Assembly (NCBI GenBank): GCA_035084275.1 | Contig: CM068745.1 | Coordinates: 67,828,001 to 67,892,000 of the forward strand | Source: Hydrolagus colliei | Taxonomy: Eukaryota | DNA length: 64,000 nt | Direction of reading: 5' to 3' | Notes under the pieces: model-generated | What the model was told of the DNA's origin: nothing | The model's input: only the letters and a program-made list of their open reading frames with translations | Databases searched by the model: none | Part shown: positions 12,001 through 25,125 of the stretch, piece after piece | Position numbering within the stretch: position 1 is the stretch's first letter | How the letters are laid out: every line of letters begins with the position of its first letter | Position numbers and translations under genes: made by a program

Positions 12001-15000
12001 TGCATTTTTCATGAAGTATTTCAATTTTTTACTATTCTCCTTTGGAAGTTCTGGTAGGCGGAAAGAGGCAAGCAGGACTCCTTGAAGCTGAGGTGACATG
12101 CTTGTCAACTCTCTGTAGAGGACTCAGTAGTTGGACAGTTGAGTCCACAGTGCACCAAGGCATTGCTGACCTGCCATACTGAGTTTTTAGTAGAACTTGG
12201 AGCGGCAGACTGGTCACTAGAAGCAGGGTTCCTTCCCACTTGACTACTGTTAACAGTTCTAGTCAGTGCCCCAATGAGGAGGGTGGTCCTAGCTGGACCA
12301 GTAGTGGAAAAATTGTGGTTGTACCCTCTGGGTATGGAAGCCAAAAGTACTATGCTTCAGTATTACAACAAGAACAACAAAATTACATTTATATAGTGCC
12401 TTTCATGTCGAGAGAACTTCCCAGGGCGCTGGAAAGCTACTAATGAGCAATTATAGAATTTGAGCCCTTGCAGTCCAGACATCTTTTTGAAACCTATTGT
12501 CTTTCTCAGAAAACAAATTTGATTGAGTGACCTAAATGATTTAAATGAGATCAAATATGTTTTATTTAAGAAAATGGCTAGGGATTGCTAGATTTGTGCA
12601 ATTTAATCCTTCTAGGTCTTAATATTACATTTTAACAATTTATTTTTCTTGTTAAACATTTGGCCGTGACATGACCTAACCAAATTACTGCTCACTTTCC
12701 TGTCTTTTTCTACGTGTCTTTTTCTGGTGGTTAATAGGAGCGGGGATGAGGTTGTGGGTTCTGAAGACCATAAACCTCTTGTGAGGAACTTTGTTTTTAC
12801 TATCCTCAACAAATCAAATTAATCCTGTACATTACACCTATTGACTTAACTAACATTTAATTGTTTGTGTTTTTATGCAAATCTGGCTGTGTTTATGTAA
12901 ATAGATTTACAAAGATCTTCAATAATTATATCAGAAATATTCAGTGACAAAAGTATCTTGATCAGTGTTTAATCCTTAGGGATTGTATTTTAGCTACAGC
13001 ATAACTGAATGTTTAAATTTCCTGATCTTCCATTATAGGTGAATTACTATACGAAAGGTAGGGGGCAGTTGAATGCAAACATTTATTTGATGCTTGCAAC
13101 AGAACAAAGATATAAATGAGGCAAATACTCCTCAAGGGACTGTGCACTCAAGACAGCAGAATGCTTGAGATGTATCCGGCGTGGAAGGTACTATATAAAT
13201 CAAAGTTGTTGTTGTTGACATCTAAACGTTACAATCATAGTTCATTCACAAAGTTTCCATTTCTACTAGATTCTTATATATTCAGTGTCCCAACTTTCTA
13301 AGTCTATAATCAAATTAAAGAATTGGCAAGTTAGAGTTTGCCAAACGGTATTTATCCTCCTGTTAAGAGACAAGGTAATTTTTCGACCTCCACTTCGTGT
13401 CTCACCCCTTCCCAAACACTCCCCTCCCAGCTCGGGTCACACGCCTCCTGTGCAGCGCCTTGGGACGTCCTCCCGACGTGAAAGGCGCTCTATAAGTGTA
13501 ATTTGTTGTTGTTGTAGTTGTTGTTCTCATTCCTCCCTCCCTTAACAATTCGTTTGTTCACTGTGGCAGATGCAGTGATTTAAAGTTGTGTAACAATTTG
13601 ATTAATCTTGCTAAACATTGATATGTATGGTCTCTTGTCCAAAAATCCCCCTTATGAAATTGATCATTCGTTTCATGGCTTTTTGTGGGGACATTGCTAT
13701 GTGTAAATTGGCTGTTGTATTTCCCGTCAAATACACAATTACTACACTTTATAAAATCAGGCAGTTTACACCATTTAACACACAGTACCATTGCCAGGTG
13801 AATATAGCCACCTTGTCTGGAGAGATGTCAATGTAGATGATACCTATTGCCTCAGTCACATTATAGCCATGGTGTGGAGCTGGGGCCCACAATTGTACAA
13901 AATGTAGTTAGACCATTTTGTCTTAAAATATAGGATCACATATTTGTGGAAAATTGTTGAATTCAGTCTTATTTTGGAAGGTGGGTTTGTACAATTCGTA
14001 AAACTAATGTCCAAATTAAGACACAATTGTTAAGAATTTTCAACAATTCAGTGTGGTCTTAAATTTCAAGGTAACATAGCTGAAGAAGAATAATAATAAT
14101 CCTTGCATTTGATATAGCGCTTTTCACGTCTTCTGTGCTTCACAGAATATTCTGTAAAGTTAATTGAATGGGCGAAACACAGCAGCCAAATAGGTAGCAT
14201 TTCAGGCTTCAGTTGTCTTTAGCAGAGTTTCTGAGAGCCAGTCATACAGAATTGTACTGGCAGCTTCACATTTGTATCTTCTGGCAAATTGAAGGAAAAT
14301 GGCAACATTTGTGTACATGTATTTGGACGAATCTCTAGCATATATATATATATACACATAGCTGCAGGTATATAAACTAATATTGAAATGAATGAACTTG
14401 AGTACTAAAGATATATAGGTGTGCATTTCTATCATCAACGTGTAGTCCTAGACCTTCTGTATCCACTCAGTCCAGATAAATTATAAACAAATATAATTTT
14501 TTTGCAAATATCATTTCCCATAGGTGATCTTGCAAGTTAACATGCATTTTCCACATAAATGCTGCTAGTAGTGTCTTGAATTCATTACATCACATTTGTA
14601 GTAAAAATATTTGCAGTTTGCTAAAATATGCAATTGGTAAGATACAAGTCTCCTGCTATGATATTTTAGCGAAGGATGTTAAGATATTGTGTATACTTCC
14701 CCAGTCTTCTTGTGTTATCATCTAACAAAGCATTTTTCATCAATGTTTTTATATGTAAATGTAGTCATTAACTGTTCAGTGGCTTTTTCCATTGTTTGAA
14801 TGACTGAGCGGTTCAGTCAAATCAATGTAAACTGTCTCTGTTACGTATAAAGTTTTCTTCTGTAATCAGCCAGCATTGTTATTTTGGCATGGTGTTATTT
14901 CCCCCCCTCCCTTGTTAACCCTCTGGTAACATGCTTTGCTCTCAGATCCTGAATCATGTTGACAGTCTTCAAAGTAAAAATCCAGTACGTGGGAAACAAA

Positions 15001-15167
15001 CTCTGAAATGGTTGTACCTTGTATACATTAATACATCAGCACTGAGTTCTATACTGATAGCTGTATTGCATCCCACCATGATCAGAGCGTTAACAGGATT
15101 TGCATGCTTTTTTACACATCTTATTTTTCTTTCTCCTTCCCTCCTTCCTTTACCCCCTCCCCCATAG

Positions 15168-15203
15168 CCACGGCACGAATATTTTAATGTGCCCGTGTAC
15201 TAA
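15168..15203 (+). CDS. AP1S2: AP1S2 alternative terminal exon, coding part PRHEYFNVPVY*
   Basis: A long pure pyrimidine tract (15121-15163) precedes catag|CCA CGG CAC GAA TAT TTT AAT GTG CCC GTG TAC TAA, phase 0. The peptide matches an alternative sigma-1B C-terminus I recall from tetrapod isoforms. Confidence 0.85.
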   Translation, partial: PRHEYFNVPVY

Positions 15204-16727
15204 TGGCTTGGCTCATCTTGCGTGATGACTTGTGAGGAGATGACGATGGCTGCTTTGCTGTTGGTGGAATGCTGTCCTGGGCTCCTGGGCTGTATGCAGC
15301 CATTCATTTGAGCATTGTATAAACCTGGCTGAATAACTAACCCTAATAGCAATATCAATGCTCTGTTTGTTCCTTACTAGCAGTCTAGTTCATCCACGTA
15401 TAAGTATTTGTTTATGTTCTATTCATTGTATCTTGTTCTGTATATTCCCTCATTATCTTACAGCTGCAGTATTCATATAATAGTCTGATTTTGCTCCTGC
15501 CAAATTATCCTACTGCTGAACTGGACTCTTATGGATATTAAACAATCAATTGGATTCAACTGCAAGTGTTACTCAGATTCTGATGTCTATTTTTACACAC
15601 AATATGGCTTTTCTTTAGATCTTTTGAACTTAGATCACAATAATTTCAATTAGTTTAAAAGCTTTGGAGCTAAGGAATACTGCAGCTTTATGATCTGAAA
15701 TTGTTGAATGAGTTTTTGCGTAGCTTACACAAAATGAAGACCGAAGCTATATCCTGTGTTTTCATGAAAATCTGGTGAGATGGTAAATAGGTAAGAGTTG
15801 GATCAGAACTGATTAATGATTCAGAGTAAAACAAGGAAATTAACAGTAGTTCTGTTTTGCTATTAGTTTAGCCTTTTTAGTCAATTGTTTCTAGATTTAA
15901 GTTTGACCCGCTAGATGAAAAAATGAATGAGCCAGGCAAATTCAAATTTACTAGTTGTCCAATAACAGTAAGCTGATATCCAGTTGCTGATTTCTGACTA
16001 ATCTTTCATAGGCGTTAACCTATTGGCTTGTTTAGATTTGTAAAACTAGATCAATAAAGAAAACTCCAGAGTCTTAGTACCTCTTGTAAAATATTTGTAT
16101 CCAGTAATGCATCTGGTAGGGCTGTCCATTAATATAGCTTGTTGGTATTCTGATAATTCTCTGCGATGGAATGGTAAGGCAATGGTCTTACATGTGTGGA
16201 GGGAGAGAAAATGAAGGAATACTAGTTAATTAACGCAGTATTTGCGAGCATCTGAGATGGTGGGATTTGATTAGTTTTTTTTAAATTGGCATTTGGTAAC
16301 TATGTAGCTTCTCCAGCTAATGCATCTAAATTGTCTTTTTGTCAAGAGTTCCACCCATTAATTAATTTTGATCTTTAATGGCATCACAGCCCTTGTCTGA
16401 TAATATCTGGCATAGTTGAGTGACTACTTGAAATTGAAATTATTTCAAAGTACTGTAGTTTCTTCCATTGCCCTTCAGAGTGTAAGGTAGATTCTTTACT
16501 GCCAATGAAGAGGGTGTACTGGGACTCCTCAATTAACATTGGGGATGTGTTCTTGAAAAGTGCGATTTTAAGTGAAACAACGGATAGTAAAACCTAAATT
16601 ACCGTAGGCCGTAATGCTATCAATAGGGGTTACGTTCCTTCAGTACATTTCTGGTCTACGTTTTCTTACGCTAATATTAAATAAAGACCAAAAACAACAC
16701 CACTAGTATTGAAAATTAAAATAAAAG

Positions 16728-17296
16728 TTGAATAAATATATAAATAAGGTAAAAATACAATTAAGTGAACACATACTGGAGATGGTTTATGTGGACAGTG
16801 GGCGGGGGCGGAGTCATTCAGATGAAGGGGCGGCATTACCTGCCTCTTGTACGNNNNNNNNNNNNNNNNNNNNNNNNNNNNNNNNNNNNNNNNNNNNNNN
16901 NNNNNNNNNNNNNNNNNNNNNNNNNNNNNNNNNNNNNNNNNNNNNNNNNNNNNNNNNNNNNNNNNNNNNNNNNNNNNNNNNNNNNNNNNNNNNNNNNNNN
17001 NNNNNNNNNNNNNNNNNNNNNNNNNNNNNNNNNNNNNNNNNNNNNNNNNNNNNNNNNNNNNNNNNNNACTGGTTCGCGTTTGTGCCTTTGTACATTTTTT
17101 CTAAAGTTGTCGAAATGTATGAATGAGTAAACGCGTACCAGCGATCAGCGGTTTGGTGACGTGGTGTGAGGGAGGCCCGTCTGGGGCTCCATTCAAGAGG
17201 CAGGTAATCACGCCCGTTCATCTGGTTGAACAATTCAACCATCTCCAGTAAGTGTTCTCTTAATTGTATTTATTATCTTATTTATATATTTACTAA
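16728..17296. mobile_element. Element with long imperfect inverted arms spanning an assembly gap (family unassigned)
   Basis: aaatacaattaagtgaacacatactggagatggtt...cagatgaaggggcggcattacctgcctcttg (16752-16849) is the reverse complement of caagaggcaggtaatcacgcccgttcatctg...aaccatctccagtaagtgttctcttaattgtattt (17194-17271). Confidence 0.65.
16854..17067. other. Assembly gap
   Basis: Run of N. Confidence 1.
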
Positions 17297-20200
17297 ATAA
17301 CTAATATAAAATGTAATCAGCTAATATCCCTTCAATTAATCCAATTTTCTAATTTTTTTCTAACTATTTATTAATTCATCAACAATGTATAATCAAAACA
17401 ATGTATATTGCGACGACGAATAGAGAGGAGTTCCAATATTCTAATTGCCTAAGACCCTCCCCCTTAAATTGGTTTTATGATCTTGCCTGGCCCTGTCATG
17501 GTTAGAGTAGTGTGCATTTCATAATAGTTTCCTAAACTCAGGCAGGTTATGCTGTGTGCAGTCCATGGTGTAATTACAATAACGTTCTGCTGCACACATA
17601 AGCATTTTAACATTGTATGTGATGTATATATGTTTGCAATGCACACAACCTTCAGTAGAATATGGACAGACCCATATGTACCTGAGTTCACATAGCTCCA
17701 TGCTTGTTTAGGCTGCTTAGTAGCAAAGCATTAATGTCCAGTGAGCAAGAGGGATTGGATTTGCACCCAAAAGGAGAGTACTTTCAATGTACATGCATTG
17801 TACTGAAGCTGGTTAATATACTGAAGCCAAAAGAGTGCTTCTTTGCTTGAAAGCCATCAATTTTGTAGTTCTCAGCATCAATGGATAGGCTGACAACAGT
17901 ATGATTCAGCTAGTTTTTGGTGCACAAATCCTAACCAGAAAAAGGATTTCTCTGTTTTAGAACGTAGGCTAGTATTACTAATCTTACTAGTGCTGTGATG
18001 CTGTGAAAATGTAGAACACTAGAAAAAGGAATGGGTTAAGCGTTTTTACCTGGAGTTTTCTTGAAACCTGTTTTCATTTGTTCAGGTTTTTTCTATTTGA
18101 TGGATTTTCCTTTCATCATCTCCACAATATTTATCAGTATTTTGCATCCACAGCGACCAGAGAAGCAGCAGGCCGATCAACCGAGAATGGGATCCATAAC
18201 TGGAAATAGGGAGTTTAGATCGCATGCTTATGAATGAAGCACCAGGAATGGCAATAGATGAGTAAGAAGTTGGAAACTAACACGTTTATGCCAGTCAAGA
18301 AAACATATTATAGAATGTATGTTAGCCAGCTTGAACTAAAATATATGGTACAGTTTAAGACACTAATTCATGACTTTAAAAAATAAAACCAAATCTCTGG
18401 CCTCTGCCGTCTCCATGTTTCTCCTAGTGCTGGGGGTGAGAGGTCTGTGCCTGGTGCTCTCCAGAATTGGGTAAGCAGGGTGCATCCCTCGAGGAAGAGA
18501 GTGAGGTAGGGAAATTTCCCATCTGGAGGTAGTGTAAGTTTGTGGATCTCTTAGTTGGTCTTGAATTGATTTTTGAAGGGGTTTTGCAGGTGCCAGGCAT
18601 TCATTGGCTTTCTGTTTATTGAAAACAATTTGTCAATGATGGAGAAAGCTCCATTTCACAGGCCAGGGAGAGAAAAATCACATCAGCTAACAGAGGTCAG
18701 AAAAATATTACCAATTGCTGTTGCCAGAGATTCGAGTTAAACAATCTATTTTTGAGGATTGCTGAGGCTCTGAGGTGGTAACAGTGCAGCCTTATTTACT
18801 GTAGAGATTTGCCGCTGGAAGCAGGGCTGTGAAGTAGATACAAAATGAGTATTTTGGAGATTAATCAAGTAACTCAGTGAGGCACCAGAAATGGATTAGC
18901 AAGAGCAGAAATGCAGGTCAGCACTTATGTTAGTGGTGGAGAGATTTGTCCCGTCTTCGAAATTAAACTAGCAAACTGGATTTCTAGTCTATTTGTTTTG
19001 AACTGGATCGTAAACCAGAATTAAGAATTTTAACTTAAAATTTCTGACCAAGTATCAGTGTTTTAGAAAACATTTCCTTTCATATATGATTTTTAGAGCT
19101 TATTGGGGATATGTGGAGGAAAGTAACAACAAGCAATAGGTCATATTGATGTGGTTTAATATTCCATTTAAACAGTGTTATAAATAGGTTAACAATATAA
19201 TTTGTTTATTTACCAACATTGATCATAGTATTCGTGTATACATTAACAAAACATAACGTTTCTGCTTTTTCTTGTGTAAGTTTTGATCTGAGGCAGTATT
19301 AGTTTATGTTCCTTCTGAAAACATAACACCAGTTCTTATTTTTATCGTTGAAGAGAAGTTGGATGCATGTTAAACTCTAAAATGTTTGAAATTTGTTTAA
19401 ATTGGATACAGGAGTACAAATATTCTGGGTAAACATATTTTGGCCTTGAGACAGGTTCCAATAAATCACTTATCCCAGTTAAATTCCACTCGTTTCCATT
19501 AATCAGTCAGAAATGCATGAAAAAAGACCTTTACATTTTACCCCAACGAACAATAGATTTGTTATTTATAAAACATAATTGGGTGACCTCCAATAGTACG
19601 TACCCTTAAGAATATATAACGATAAACTGTCCTTTGCTTGTCCTGGGCTGATTACTGGCGTCAGGAAATGATAGTTTGAAACCCTTTAACTCCAATATTT
19701 CTTTGCTGTTTTGCCCAGTGTTTGTTTTGTTTTAATGGCATTATAATTTTTGTATCTGTATAGATGATTACGGGTTAGTTACAAGGGAACTGTACTAGGT
19801 GGGCTCACTGATCTTAAATTCGAGCCTTATGTTTCTATGGGAGGTTTGTAACTTATACAATAACTAATTTAGAAAATACTTAAATCATAGAGGTTTATCA
19901 GATTTTTAGAACTGCTAAGTTAGTCTAACTAACACAATATGATTTTACTGATTGCAACACTGCAACATAAATAGTTGCAGTGAAATAAGGATATTCAAAT
20001 GTTTTATTTTTACGCAGCTTAATAAATAGAATTTTTTAAATATTATGTACTACAATTAGTTAATGCTGTTTTGATTTCTTGCTTTCGGGTGGTTGGGTTT
20101 ATTGCCATTGTAAGTACGTCTAATGAATTAAGAAATACTCAGACTTGTCTGTTTTAAAGTTTTAACTTTTAAATATTGCAATAATCCTGATATTTAAATA

Positions 20201-21812
20201 CCTGCTTCTGTGTGATTTGGTATTGGTCTTTGTTGCTGTGCACTTCGCTGACTTATGCTGCTCTTTTGTCTGTAAACTACAGCTTGCCTTAAACTCGTGT
20301 TCTGCAAAGCACATACTTCTGGCATGTTATAAATAAAGCATTCCTGCATGCATCAATGTTTTTTGGACTATTTTGTATGCCTCAACTTCTACTACAAAAT
20401 CTATATTGATTCTTAAAATAATAATAATCCTTGTATTTGATACAGCACCTTATATCTTGGAGATGTCCCAAAGTGCATCACAGAATACACTGTAAAGTGA
20501 ATTTACTGTATATTTTGTGGCCGAATCGCCCATAACAATTCTTGTGCATTTTAGGTGAAATACTGTCAAATTAGGATGATGATAAACCACACCATTACTT
20601 GCTTTTTCAACAGTGTAGCAATAAGAAACAAAATCTTTTTGAACTTTCCTTAACTTTTTAACAAAAAATTAAAAATATTTCAAAGCCATCCCTGCACCTA
20701 ATTTCAATATAGGAATTGATTCAGACCTCAGGCACTATGATTTGGTGTCTGAACCACTTTGAAGGTAGATGCTTCAGGACTGTTTTAACATTTTTCAAGT
20801 ATGAATGCATAAAATACTTGTAAAGGTTACATATTTAACAATCTTATCAAGTAGCTTCTCTGTTGTTTTTAAATTGTGACCAAGATTAACAATTTAAAAT
20901 TATGCTTTCAGAAAGACCTGGATAACTTGCTTGTGAAGATTAATGTTTTTTTCCAGTGTAAACAATTATTAGATATTTGTTCACCTGAGGCTTACATAAT
21001 TGTTATCATATAGAATCACCATCTTCCAAGTTATTTTATTTACAACAGTGCCCAGGTTCACGGCATGTCTACTGCTGTATGTTCAAACCATCCTGCCATT
21101 TTCAGATGTCTTTTGCAGTTTCTCACCCCATCTTTGATTCTAATTTCCATATTTATGGGGTCATGCATTGGCAACCTATGCCATCACAGCAAAATAAATT
21201 ATTTGATTTTAATGTTAACAAAAATCCTCATTTTCAGGTGCACAAAACCATTTTCTAGCTGAGTAGGCTAGTTGTTGCCATGCTACCAATGCCGCTCTAT
21301 CCAGCTAAATTGAGATGCATTAAAGATTGACTCTCCAACCACCTCCCTATCCCACTAATATTATTATTACACACAGTCTTTGTAAGATTAGGAATTTGCT
21401 ATATGGATCTTCAGAGATATATGTAAGTGCTTTTCCAATGGCACATTAGGTCATGAATGCACCTGTAGGCAGGCTGCAACTGTAATTTAGAATATTTCTA
21501 TAGCATCTTTCATCATTGTAGTAGCCATTTTCTTTCAGGTTAAATAAGTGCATATTACTTTATTAGGAAGTTGAAATATGACTAAAAGGGATTGATTTGT
21601 TACATTCACTTTGAATGAGCTAACAAAGCTTAAACAATACTGTACCATTCCTGTGAAGTGCAGAACATTTCAATTTGTATAATGAACCCCCCGGTGAAAT
21701 CCTGAGTAAATGGTGCTAGTCAGTGTAAGCAAACTTGATAAAGATGCCTCCGTTTCTCTTGTGTGTTTATATATTTTTTTCTTTTGTGCCCTTTTGCCAC
21801 ACTTCTAATTAG

Positions 21813-21821
21813 GATGCCAAA
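21813..21821 (+). CDS. AP1S2: AP1S2 9-nt cassette microexon (Asp-Ala-Lys)
   Basis: ttttgtgcccttttgccacacttctaattag|GAT GCC AAA|gtaagt; gives LQE-DAK-EAETP, the known longer sigma-1B isoform; perfect GTAAGT donor. Confidence 0.9.
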
Positions 21822-22464
21822 GTAAGTTTTAATTTTATAATACATAGCTGAATACAAGTGGTTTTCCCCTTCTAGATAACACCCACTAATTCTGCGATAT
21901 GTTGTGCATTGTAGAATCTTTGAACTGAATATTCTGTTTGAATATTTAGGAGTATCTAGTCGATCTAGCTACGGGTGTGTTGCATATTTGCATAGTACAT
22001 TGATATGTACTAGTGTGCTGTACCCCGGAGTGGTAGATTTGCCCTCATAACCTAGCCAGCAGTTCTCTACATAGAGACTAATCTTGCCTGGATTATCAGG
22101 AGACGTGCAGCACAACTGAAACCAAATTTTGCCTCACTGATAGGGGCAATTATTGGTCATGGCACTCTGGGCTACTCCCTTAGCCAGCCTGATTACAAAT
22201 TGTATTGGCAATGGCCTAGGAGTGGATTCCCTGTGCACTCATAGGTGATGGTGCAGTGCTGTCTAAAACTAGAAATGGGGAGGAACATGTTTAACAAGAG
22301 AAGGTGCAAACATTAATGAACTGTTTTCAGTTCCATAAGCAAAACATAATCCTCTGCATCATGTTTCAGTTTTAGATTCTTGATATATTTTGCATTTCTA
22401 CACATGAATATCAGTCTGTTTTGTAGAAATTCAAATACCAAAATGTTGAATTTTGCCTTCACAG

Positions 22465-22512
22465 GAAGCTGAGACTCCTCGTAGTGTGCTTGAAGAAATT
22501 GGACTGACATAA
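22465..22512 (+). CDS. AP1S2: AP1S2 canonical last coding exon EAETPRSVLEEIGLT*
   Basis: ttttgccttcacag|GAA GCT GAG ACT CCT CGT AGT GTG CTT GAA GAA ATT GGA CTG ACA TAA. Confidence 0.97.
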   Translation, partial: EAETPRSVLEEIGLT

Positions 22513-23658
22513 GACTTCTGTTAAAATCAATACTCAAAAGAGTATTCAGATCAGTATTTCATTGCTTTAAATGTACTGTATTGCTCAGATTGTAAGAGGC
22601 TGTCTTTTTGGTTTCAGTGTTTTTGTTAGCATCAATTGAGTTTTCCAACTTTTTTGTTTACCACTTCTGAAAATGAAAAGGGAAAAACTAGGTGTTTCGG
22701 GAATTAAATTTCAGGACTGATAAAGACTAGTTTAAATTCAGGGGTTGATAAGTTCATTCCTAGAATGAAAGGTGGAGTTATTCTGAATAATTTTACATTT
22801 TCATTTTCAAATTGATTGTCTCTGGAGTTGTAATGAGCAGTTCCACACAGGCCTAATTTTGCTTCCTGTGTTGACACCATTTTGGTGGCTTGAGGAATTG
22901 CACACCAAGTTTGCAAGTATTTGTTGTCACCCTGCTTATCCTAGTGTTGTGTTTACACGTTTTGCCATTATTTTCCTTAAGATTGATTAATATTTCTTTA
23001 AATGCATTGTTTCATTTTTTAAAAAAGTTTATTTCTTGTCCAAAACTTGTATTAAAAGGACATGTTTGTGCTTGAAATCAAATGATTAATGTTTCCAGTA
23101 TACCAAATTTCCAAAATACCAAAGCATTGACTATTGTTCTTGAGTTTCCATGTTACTGTTTTATAGAAAGTACAGGATATCTATTTTTAATCAATATAAA
23201 TCATGCAGCCAGTAGGTTGTATGGATTTAGGTTTGTTTCTATTTATTTTTTAATAATTTAATCCAGAAAGCCAAGATTATATTGGAAATAAGGAAAGGGA
23301 TCAGTCTAGTGATAAATTGAAATTGTGTAAGACTAAAAAATGTGACTTTTGATTGTGAGAAATACAACATCAATGTCTGCATTTCAATTGTTTGGGTGTA
23401 ACATTAGTTTAGTCTGTTACCTAGTACGAGAAACTCATCAGAAACAATACCAATATTAGAACAATGAAGTTCCCATTTTAGCAAAATTAACAGTATTAAC
23501 TATGTTGCTTATTCTGCAACATTTCTGTTTACAAAAAAATCTTTAATGATGGTGGTCAACTGTTCATTGTACACTTGTTTTTGTATTTTGCTCCGTGTGC
23601 TTAAACTGAACTTGATGTGAAGTTGTTTTTCTTCAGTTAAAGTTTTCTTTTTGTTATA

Positions 23659-24322
23659 TAGGTATCCCACCCAACCGCGGCCTCACCAACCACGAAACTC
23701 ATACATCCACGGTTTGCTAAATGCGACAACCCTCTCAAACCGCGTTTAGTGTTTTGTGCATCTGCAAATTAAATCCGCAAGTTTAAATTTTCAAGTTTAG
23801 CATAGCGTATAGCACTAGGACCCAGTTGCTATGTTGTAATCAACCAGCGACAACGCTTCTCTTTTAGGATTAAGGTAAATACAATAACATGAATTTATTG
23901 TCGCTTCGCAGTTAGTAAGTTTGGGAGCATTGGCTGCCAGCATCTGCAGATCTCGCTCTCAGTGTGTAAGTGTATCTCTCTCTGACTCACCTCTCTATTT
24001 CACCTTCTCTGTATCAGTCAGACAGCCCTACCCTCCATATCTCTCGCTCTGTAGATCAGACAGCCCCCTCTGTAGATCTATGTCACCCCCCCCCCCCACC
24101 CGTGTGTCTCTCTGTAGTCAGTCAGTCAAACAGCCTTGCGGATTGCTGCAGATGCGCCCAAACTTACTCACCCTATCTTCATGTATGTTATAACTGTATG
24201 TGTTTTTTGTGTTTGGTTCTTACTAAACGTGAACTTACTCCCCGTATCCCCATAGGGCCCCGCATTTTCCAAACGCGAAGGTTTACAGGAACATATCCCC
24301 CGCGGTTGGGGAGGGATACCTG
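23659..24322. mobile_element. Tigger-like MITE inserted in the AP1S2 3' UTR
   Basis: TA|TAGGTATCCCACCCAACCGCGG ... CCGCGGTTGGGGAGGGATACCTG|TA. Confidence 0.82.
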
Positions 24323-24593
24323 TATTGTCTTATTCCTCCAGCCAAACCAGGTTGATTTACTTGGTTTTCATTTTTTTGTATTTGTGTTGGTGCAAAATTT
24401 TCCGATAAAATTGGTGCACATTCACACTGAGTTTGATAGATTTATCAGGCGGGTGCAGCATTTGTCTTGTCTGACTAGTTAACACTTATATTAAATGAAG
24501 TTACATTGTATCTCAATCTGGTGGTGTACAATTTACTTTTTATGAAAATGGGAGTGAAAGTACTACACAAGACAAATACTAATGTAACTTTCA

Positions 24594-24599
24594 AATAAA
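24594..24599 (+). terminator. Probable AP1S2 polyadenylation signal
   Basis: AATAAA about 2.1 kb after the stop, followed by U/GU-rich sequence (tttgtttgt at ~24620). Confidence 0.5.
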
Positions 24600-24856
24600 T
24601 ATCCTTTTTTAAATGCTACTTTGTTTGTACCTTTTAACTTATTTATATAAACTAGAGATCAACTTTTTTTTAAATAGAGCTTCTCCCTGCATTTATATAT
24701 TCTAGATTGCTAATGCAACCACATTCCTCTTGTTTTTAAACATGCGGTTCTCTAGGTATGTTGTATTGTATCTTTGTTCTTAGTGTGGAGTGTACATCTT
24801 TCATTAATGGGCATTATAACTTAACAATGCAGAGTAGTGACTGATTTCAAATAATC

Positions 24857-25125
24857 CAACAACAACAACAAAATTACATTTGTATAGCGTCTTTCACGTC
24901 GGAAGGACGTCCCAAGGCCGCAGTCACTACTTTGGACTTGAGTCGGGATCGGCGTGGGTGGAGGGGAAGTTGGGTGACCAGTGGCATAGTCGAAAGGAAG
25001 GTCTTGAGGCAGGCCTTGAAGGAGGCTAGGGAGGGGGCATTGAAGGATGGAATTCCAAAGGTTTGGGCGGAGTGGATGAAGGGTCACCTGCCAATGGTAG
25101 GGTGGGTCAGGAGAGGAGGCTGGAG
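24857..25125 (-). mobile_element. L2 3' end between the two genes' 3' ends
   Basis: (caa)n tail, tttcacgtcggaaggacgtcccaagg, PNLWNSI on minus. Similar L2 ends lie at ~5100-5230, 9270-9440, 13390-13525, 30860-30985, 34972-35140, 48985-49218 and 61355-61510. Confidence 0.8.

Noticed and set aside
24599-24607. ATATCCTTT (U12-type donor consensus) overlapping the AP1S2 poly(A) signal; TCCTTAAC-like sites near 40606 and 41804
   Set aside because: Isolated short motifs expected by chance, with no paired U12 donor, branch point and acceptor. All visible ZRSR2 and AP1S2 introns look U2-type GT-AG.
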